Assembly: GCA_035491955.1 (NCBI GenBank) | Contig: DATJJU010000012.1 | Span: 1 to 59,075 of the forward strand | Direction of reading: 5' to 3' | Origin: Minisyncoccota bacterium | Lineage (GTDB): Bacteria; Patescibacteriota; Minisyncoccia; Phycocordibacterales; UBA9973 | Length of the DNA stretch: 59,075 nt | Part shown: piece by piece, positions 53,441 through 59,075 of the stretch | How the letters are laid out: each line of letters opens with the position of its first letter | How positions within the stretch are numbered: position 1 is the stretch's first letter | Position numbers and translations under genes: made by a program | Notes under the pieces: model-generated | Database searches by the model: none | Told to the model about the DNA's origin: nothing | Seen by the model: only the letters and a program-made list of their open reading frames with translations

Positions 53441-53531
53441 TTTTATTTATAATAACATATAACAATATTTTGTCAATTATTTATTTTTCAATATAAAAGA
53501 CCTCTGCAAGAGAGGCCTTTTATATGAGTTT

Positions 53532-54365
53532 TTATCCGAGCTTTTTGTTTAGCCATTCAATGCCGCGTTCTGCGATGTGTCCGAGCATATCGAAGAAACT
53601 GTGAGCGATAGGCACGTGGTTGTAACCATACCAGGAGATAGCAACGAATAGTACGAACCAAACTAAACCGAGAAGGCTATATAAAAACTCCATGAAGCCA
53701 GAGCGGCCATAGCCGTTATAGTGGTGGCGATATTGCTGGCGCTGCCACCGCTTCTGTTCTTTCTTCGCGTATCTCTTCTGCCATTTATCCCAGCCTTCAT
53801 ATCCTGAGCGAGTTTTGTCGATAATAGTCTGAGCGGTCATGCGCATAGTGTTCCACGCTTCTGCTTTTTCTTCTGGTGTATTGGCTTTAGGAATAACCCA
53901 ATACATGACAAAGTATACGAATATCCACGCGCCTCGTGTCAGCACTGCTAGTACTACGAAGGCAATGCGAACCAATGTCACATCAATATCAAAGTACACT
54001 GCGATGGCATTACAGACACCAAGAATATACGCATTGTCAGGAAGAATATAAATCTTCTTTTGATTGCCATGTTCGCCATCTTTCTTTTCAGTTTTTTCTC
54101 CTTCTGATTCAGAACTTTCTACTGGACCCATTTCCGCAATAATTTTTTCTACTTCGCTGGCAGTAATGACATCCTTTGATGCGCTAAGATATGTCTCGCA
54201 CTTTTCAGCAATAGCTAGATTGAAGTCTTTCAAGATTTCTTCCTTATCAGGGTTGTTGGCAAGATTGTTCTCGGCTTTTTCAAGATAAGCTTTTAAGATG
54301 TTGTAGCCTGGCTCCTCGATTTTGTATGAGCGTCCGGCTAGATTGATTGTAATTACTTTGTTCAT
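53532..54365 (-). CDS. PspC-domain membrane protein
   Basis: LGVCNAIAVYFDIDVTLVRIAFVVLAVLT (PspC domain) plus additional TM helices. Its ATG overlaps the padR TGA (ATGA). Confidence 0.8.
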   Translation of the reverse strand: MNKVITINLAGRSYKIEEPGYNILKAYLEKAENNLANNPDKEEILKDFNLAIAEKCETYLSASKDVITASEVEKIIAEMGPVESSESEGEKTEKKDGEHGNQKKIYILPDNAYILGVCNAIAVYFDIDVTLVRIAFVVLAVLTRGAWIFVYFVMYWVIPKANTPEEKAEAWNTMRMTAQTIIDKTRSGYEGWDKWQKRYAKKEQKRWQRQQYRHHYNGYGRSGFMEFLYSLLGLVWFVLFVAISWYGYNHVPIAHSFFDMLGHIAERGIEWLNKKLG

Positions 54366-54682
54366 ATATTTTTTATTAGGGTGTTAATTTTTTTCCAATA
54401 TTCTTCTATTTCCTTTAATTGTTCGCGACCTTTTTTGGTAAGACTGTAATATTTTCGTGGCGGTCCGGAGTCTGACTCTTGCCATTCATAGTCTAGGTAG
54501 CCATCGCGGCGCATCCTGCTCAGCAGGGGATAGAGCGTGCCTTCCTGCGTAGCAAACTCGGTTTGGTTAAGCTCTTGCAGCATATCGGCGACATACATCT
54601 GCTTGGCATTAATCATCTTCAGCAAGACAAACTCCAAGAGCCCTTTGCGAATCGAACTAAATTTTTCATTAATGGTGTCCAT
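54362..54682 (-). CDS. PadR-family transcriptional regulator
   Basis: Winged-helix pattern YV.DM...L.......EGTLYPLLSRM..DGYL......ES..GPPRKYYSLT..G. Confidence 0.9.
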   Translation of the reverse strand: MDTINEKFSSIRKGLLEFVLLKMINAKQMYVADMLQELNQTEFATQEGTLYPLLSRMRRDGYLDYEWQESDSGPPRKYYSLTKKGREQLKEIEEYWKKINTLIKNI

Positions 54683-54764
54683 ATATTTTTAGTACCTTGT
54701 TATATAAAGGTAGCATATCATAAAATACCGTCAAGGGTCAAATCCACTATGGTATTATCTAAGT

Positions 54765-55400
54765 ATGAAAAAAATCTATTTTGTAAGACACGGTCAGAGC
54801 GAAGGAAATAGCGGCCCGATACGTCAAACCGCTGAAACTCCTTTGACGGAAAAGGGAAGAGAACAAGCTCAGATCGTAGCCAAGCGATGTAAAAATATTC
54901 CTACTGAATTGATGGTATGCAGTACGATGGTTCGCACTCGTCAAACTGCTGATGCTATATTGGCCGAAGTGCCGCAGCCTGTTGAATACTCAGATCTCTT
55001 TGTAGAACGTCGTCGCACATCTGATGAATTAGGAAAACCAAAAGATGATCCAAAAGCATTGGAGGTTGAAAAGGTCATAGTAGAGCATTTTGCTGAACCT
55101 GGATTTCGATATTCAGATGAGGAAAATTTTGATGACTTAAAAGAGCGCGCAAAGAAAGCGCTTGAATATCTCGCGAACCGTCCAGAAGAAACAATCTTGG
55201 TAGTGAGTCACGGATTCTTCATGAGAGTGCTCATGTCGTATGTAGTATTTGGAGACGAACTGACAGGGAAGGAGTGTCAGCAGTTCATACGAAAATTTGA
55301 AACGGAAAATACGAGCATCAGTGTCATTGAAGGCATGCCTGTGCCGCTTGGCATGCGCTGGTCCATGTGGATTTGGAATGACCACGCGCATTTGGGGTAA
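54765..55400 (+). CDS. Histidine phosphatase family protein (phosphoglycerate-mutase-like)
   Basis: RHGQSEGN catalytic motif at the N-terminus and a later SHG motif. Confidence 0.85.
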   Translation: MKKIYFVRHGQSEGNSGPIRQTAETPLTEKGREQAQIVAKRCKNIPTELMVCSTMVRTRQTADAILAEVPQPVEYSDLFVERRRTSDELGKPKDDPKALEVEKVIVEHFAEPGFRYSDEENFDDLKERAKKALEYLANRPEETILVVSHGFFMRVLMSYVVFGDELTGKECQQFIRKFETENTSISVIEGMPVPLGMRWSMWIWNDHAHLG

Positions 55401-55405
55401 ATAAG

Positions 55406-55432
55406 AAAGCCGCCCGGTACGGGCGGCTTTTT
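55406..55432. terminator. Bidirectional terminator
   Basis: AAAGCCGCCC/GGGCGGCTTT stem (55406-55415/55421-55430). Confidence 0.7.
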
Positions 55433-55958
55433 ACTGGGCTACAAAGAACACAGTTCTCTTGTAGTGCTTCTCAAGCAATCGGTTGATAGTTTTGAAATCT
55501 TCTTCTGGTTTAAAATCATCAATGATGCATTGGATTTTCCTTATGCGTTCCCTGCAGGCTTTTGATAGACCTTTAGTTACATTCGCTATGTCATTTCTAT
55601 GAACTTCTTCATACCTTTTTTCTAATCTTGAAAAGTAGTTAAGGTATTCATAATAGGGCAGTAGCTTCGGTATAAGATCCTGATAGAGTTTTAAAGTAGG
55701 GGTAAGTGTTATAAATGTGTGTTTCTTATATCTTGTCCCACTTATTAATCCTTTCTCAAAGACCTTTCCCAGTTGTCCGCTATACCCACGCTTGCTAATG
55801 ACTATAGATGTTTCAAGTAATATTACTATCGCCATAACCCTGCCGTGCATAGTTGCAGTTGGGGATTTCAAAATATTAACCGCTCGAGAGGCCACAGAAA
55901 AATAATCTTCTGGTTTTTTCATTGTTAATAAGGATTTGGTCCGTATATACAATAGCAT
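55431..55958 (-). CDS. Hypothetical protein
   Basis: 175-aa basic, AT-rich ORF (alternative ATG at 55922). No family recognised. Confidence 0.4.
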   Translation of the reverse strand: MLLYIRTKSLLTMKKPEDYFSVASRAVNILKSPTATMHGRVMAIVILLETSIVISKRGYSGQLGKVFEKGLISGTRYKKHTFITLTPTLKLYQDLIPKLLPYYEYLNYFSRLEKRYEEVHRNDIANVTKGLSKACRERIRKIQCIIDDFKPEEDFKTINRLLEKHYKRTVFFVAQ

Positions 55959-56127
55959 GAAATAGTATTTTTGTAAAGGTATGGAATGCCCTCCCTAGCT
56001 CACACGACATTTAAGATTTTATTCAAAACTTAAATGTCATGCGCGCTTCTCGGGCATACTATAAAACTGAGGAGGGTATTCCACATTGTTCTGATATAAT
56101 TAATTCATATAAGTATAAGTATTTTTT

Positions 56128-56529
56128 ATGAACCAAGATTTAGGAATTTCGAAAGGGTGGCTTTGGGTATGGCGTATCATTATGATACTCGTCGTACTTT
56201 TCTTTTTATTCGATGCAGTAGTGCATATTCTTGTACTGCCTAATGTAGTACAGTCGTTCATACCGCTTCAGTTGCCAATCAGTTTGTCAGTACCGATGGG
56301 TATTACATTACTTGTTTCACTCGTGTTGTACTGTATGCCACGCACTACTATACTCGGCGCTATTTTGATCACTGGATATCTCGGCGGAGCAATCCTTGCA
56401 AATGCTCGCGTCGGCGCATCATTTTTCAGCGCAGTAACGTTTCCTGTAGTCATGGGCATTCTTGTCTGGGGCTCTTCATATATTCTTGAGCCGCGACTTC
56501 GAGCTCTGATACCGTTTCGGAAAAAGTAA
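56128..56529 (+). CDS. DoxX-like four-helix membrane protein
   Basis: 133 aa with four TM helices. The size and topology fit the DoxX-like family, but the assignment is weak. Confidence 0.4.
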   Translation: MNQDLGISKGWLWVWRIIMILVVLFFLFDAVVHILVLPNVVQSFIPLQLPISLSVPMGITLLVSLVLYCMPRTTILGAILITGYLGGAILANARVGASFFSAVTFPVVMGILVWGSSYILEPRLRALIPFRKK

Positions 56530-56537
56530 AAATAATA

Positions 56538-56563
56538 AAAGCCCTGGCATATGCCAGGGCTTT
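56538..56563. terminator. Bidirectional terminator
   Basis: AAAGCCCTGGCAT/ATGCCAGGGCTTT palindromic stem. Confidence 0.7.
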
Positions 56564-56586
56564 GTTACTAAGTACAGTAGTATCAT

Positions 56587-57741
56587 TTAATATGTAAACG
56601 TACCGTGAGGGCTCTCAATAGTTAACTCCTTTTTGTTGGCTGGGTCTACATACCCAACTATCTTTGCTTCTACGTCGTGACCTTCGCTAATCTCAATGAT
56701 TTTCTCGGCCACTTTCTTATCACAATAGATCTCAAACCGGTGTCCCATGTTGAACGTTTTGTACATGTACTGCCAGGGCTGGTCACTTTCTCTCTGAATG
56801 TCATAAAAGATGGGTGGTATCTCAAAGAGATCATTCTTAATGATATGGACACTATCCGCAAAATTGAGGCATTTCGTTTGTCCGCCACCACTGCAGTGAA
56901 TCATGGCACTGATGGAATTGCGAGAGACGCTTCCCAGGATTTCTTTAACTACTGGCGCATATGTTCTGGTTGGAGAAAGAACTAATTGGCCCATGTCGAA
57001 ACCTACTAAGAAGCTATCAGTTGTTGGCTTGTATTTACCGGTGTACGCTTTGTCTCCCAATGTTGGTTCAAACATTTCCGGGTGCGTGGTGCTGAATAAG
57101 CAGTGCCGCGCCAGGGTAATGCCATTACTCCCAATGCCGCTATTGTACTCTTCTTCATAGAATGCTTCACCAGCCGAGGCTAACCCGACAATAACATGTC
57201 CTGGCTTGATATTTGTTTTAATAACATCAGTCAGAGCGATCCTTCCTACCATGCTGGCATCCAATGTAAGAGTACGAACGGCGTCATTAAGGTCGGCGGT
57301 TTCTCCGCTATTGTACGTTATCTTAATATCGTACATTTTTTCCAATACTTCAAAAAACTTAGCTGTGCCGGCAATAATAGCCTCAATCACTTCATAGGGG
57401 ATGTGCACACTATTACGATTGATGTTTTGTGTGTAGGTAAATGGACCGAGTGCTCCGACACATATCATGTCGTCCAGGTTCATTACTACTGCATCAATAG
57501 CCAAGTTGTGAAAAACATTCAGATCTCCAGTTTCTTTCCAGTAATGATATGCCATGACTGACTTAGTACCCGTGCCGTCAGCATGAGCAACTAGGCCATG
57601 GTCCGGACTGCCTGTTAAAGTGTCTGCAAAGATTTTACAAAATGAGCCGGGAAATAATCCCGGACTTAACGATCGAATAGCATTGTGTACTTCCTTTTTG
57701 TCAGAAGATACACCGAGCTCTTTGTACTTGTCTTGTTTCAT
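56587..57741 (-). CDS. AIR-synthase (PurM)-related protein
   Basis: 384 aa. N-terminal Y...GV...K, HADGTGTK, DD.ICVGA and a C-terminal PurM-like domain. No other pur genes in the window. Confidence 0.6.
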   Translation of the reverse strand: MKQDKYKELGVSSDKKEVHNAIRSLSPGLFPGSFCKIFADTLTGSPDHGLVAHADGTGTKSVMAYHYWKETGDLNVFHNLAIDAVVMNLDDMICVGALGPFTYTQNINRNSVHIPYEVIEAIIAGTAKFFEVLEKMYDIKITYNSGETADLNDAVRTLTLDASMVGRIALTDVIKTNIKPGHVIVGLASAGEAFYEEEYNSGIGSNGITLARHCLFSTTHPEMFEPTLGDKAYTGKYKPTTDSFLVGFDMGQLVLSPTRTYAPVVKEILGSVSRNSISAMIHCSGGGQTKCLNFADSVHIIKNDLFEIPPIFYDIQRESDQPWQYMYKTFNMGHRFEIYCDKKVAEKIIEISEGHDVEAKIVGYVDPANKKELTIESPHGTFTY

Positions 57742-57907
57742 CTCGGTATAGTTTGAGTTTTTTAAATGAATTTGTTTCGTTGAACATTACAACACTTTTT
57801 ATTGAATGTAAAGGCGGTGGGAGAAGGTGAAATATTAGGCAAAAAGCCTTCGTAGTAATTCTATAGAAGGCTTTTGCTCTTTTATTACAAATTAACTTAT
57901 TACTATT

Positions 57908-58438
57908 ATGAAATTATTTTTAAGCATCGCACTTTCTCTATTCTTGTTTATCGGTGGCGGCTTTGCTTTGCAGGCGCATGCTCAAGTAGCAGGCTGTGCA
58001 ACGACAGGAGGATACAATACCAGCAACGGCACGGCATGTAATGGCGCGACTGTCATACCTCTAGGCTGTACCAGTACTGCAGGCTTCAGCGGCGCAACAG
58101 GTATGCCTTGTAATGGCAACACTGCTGCAGCGAACGGCTACAATGGCGTTACCATAGGCGGAAACGGATTTATCAATGGCTGTACTTCTAATACCGGGTA
58201 TAGTGCTACTACAGGCCAGGCATGTAACATGGCGGTCAATGGAATTATTTATACCGGTAATGGCACTACAGTGAATACTGGTATCACTACTACACCTCCT
58301 ATTACTACCGTTTCTCCAGCCCTGCCAACTACTGGCGCAGGCAATCAGGCTATCCCAACTATGTTGGTCTTGATCGCTTCGGGCGCACTTGCATTCCTTG
58401 GCGTTCGCTATAGTGTTCGCCAGTTAGCACGACAATAG
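57908..58438 (+). CDS. LPXTG-anchored surface protein with three clear Cys-pair repeats
   Basis: Signal peptide, then three clear repeats GC(A/T)(T/S)..G(Y/F)(N/S)..(N/T)G..CN. LPTTG (58322-58336) is followed by a hydrophobic helix and a basic tail. Confidence 0.75.
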   Translation: MKLFLSIALSLFLFIGGGFALQAHAQVAGCATTGGYNTSNGTACNGATVIPLGCTSTAGFSGATGMPCNGNTAAANGYNGVTIGGNGFINGCTSNTGYSATTGQACNMAVNGIIYTGNGTTVNTGITTTPPITTVSPALPTTGAGNQAIPTMLVLIASGALAFLGVRYSVRQLARQ

Positions 58439-58447
58439 GGTAATTAT

Positions 58448-59026
58448 ATGTTCAAGAAGATTGGCATTGCCATCCTTACACTCTTTGCCATAGTGATATT
58501 TTTCGGCACACTCAGCCAGGCACTGTTCCATTCTTCTGCTTCTGATCTGACAGTGCCACAAGCGCACGCCGATGCTACTGTAACGACTGACCATCCCGTA
58601 ACGCTGTATATTCCAGCGCTGAATATTGATGCCAAAGTTCAACAAGTCGGTCTTACTATCAGCGGCAAGATGGCAGTGCCGACAAATTATACCGATGTAG
58701 GATGGTACAAATACGGCACACTGCCAGGACAAACAGGTAGCGCTGTTATCGCAGGACATGTTGATGACGGCTTGGCATTACCGGGAGTGTTTATCAATCT
58801 CGACCAATTGAAGCCCGGTGATGATATCTATGTTGCAATGTCTGATAAACATACGTTGCACTATGTTGTGACAAACAGTATTGCATACAGCAAAGATGCC
58901 GATACGAGCACTATCTTCAATGACAAGAGCGGCAAACTTTTGAAATTGATCACGTGTACGGGCACATGGTTGCCAACACAAAGCACGCACGATCAGCGAC
59001 TAGTCGTCACAGCTGTTGAGAAATAA
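58448..59026 (+). CDS. Sortase-family transpeptidase
   Basis: N-terminal anchor, active-site His (AVIAGHVD), LKLITCTG Cys motif (Cys codon 58955-58957), and a C-terminal Arg. Adjacent to the LPXTG substrate. Confidence 0.85.
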   Translation: MFKKIGIAILTLFAIVIFFGTLSQALFHSSASDLTVPQAHADATVTTDHPVTLYIPALNIDAKVQQVGLTISGKMAVPTNYTDVGWYKYGTLPGQTGSAVIAGHVDDGLALPGVFINLDQLKPGDDIYVAMSDKHTLHYVVTNSIAYSKDADTSTIFNDKSGKLLKLITCTGTWLPTQSTHDQRLVVTAVEK

Positions 59027-59075
59027 AACGAATAAATACTAAGACAGAAAAGAAAAGGCGCGAAACCGTAGGGTT

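Overview
Gene-dense chromosomal window from a small-genome, moderately AT-rich bacterium. I call about 85 CDS, 9 tRNAs and 1 tmRNA, and saw no rRNA, CRISPR array, transposase or integrase. The gene content points to a monoderm-like Patescibacteria/CPR (Parcubacteria-type) organism, but this is inference only. The supporting features are DUF5652, a shortened RF2, a secretin-less type IV pilus cluster next to comFC/radC, sortase plus an LPXTG substrate, and many small orphan membrane or secreted proteins. Core blocks are smpB-ssrA-ftsH, recG, a ~13 kb competence/type IV pilus cluster (radC, comFC, pilMNO, pilB/T/C, major pilin, pilD, four minor pilins), ligA-gatC-gatA, a DEAD-box helicase, typA, tRNA-Thr-prfB-ftsE-ftsX, padR-pspC, and sortase. 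Accessory DNA sits in visibly AT-richer islets directly 3' of tRNA genes: tRNA-Ile at 5.4 kb, tRNA-Ser(GCU) at 19.2 kb and tRNA-Gln at 52.4 kb. The best candidate for an undescribed system is the tRNA-Ser islet (19.3-23.0 kb). It holds a Shedu-like DUF4263 nuclease followed by an unassigned pair: a 326-aa protein with a HEPN-like R-x5-H motif and a 465-aa SMC/ABC-type ATPase with no recognisable effector domain. Other notable items are listed here. (1) A ~240-nt multi-helix RNA-like element upstream of tRNA-Thr(CGU)-prfB that I cannot assign to any family. (2) A class II Ser-type tRNA whose anticodon reads ACU. (3) A tRNA-Ile(UAU). (4) A domain-1-truncated, frameshift-less RF2 whose ATG lies 1 nt after a tRNA CCA end. 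(5) A recurrent -10-like hexamer 6-10 nt upstream of start codons, with few Shine-Dalgarno motifs. All protein calls rest on motifs I recognised by eye in the supplied translations. No database search was run.
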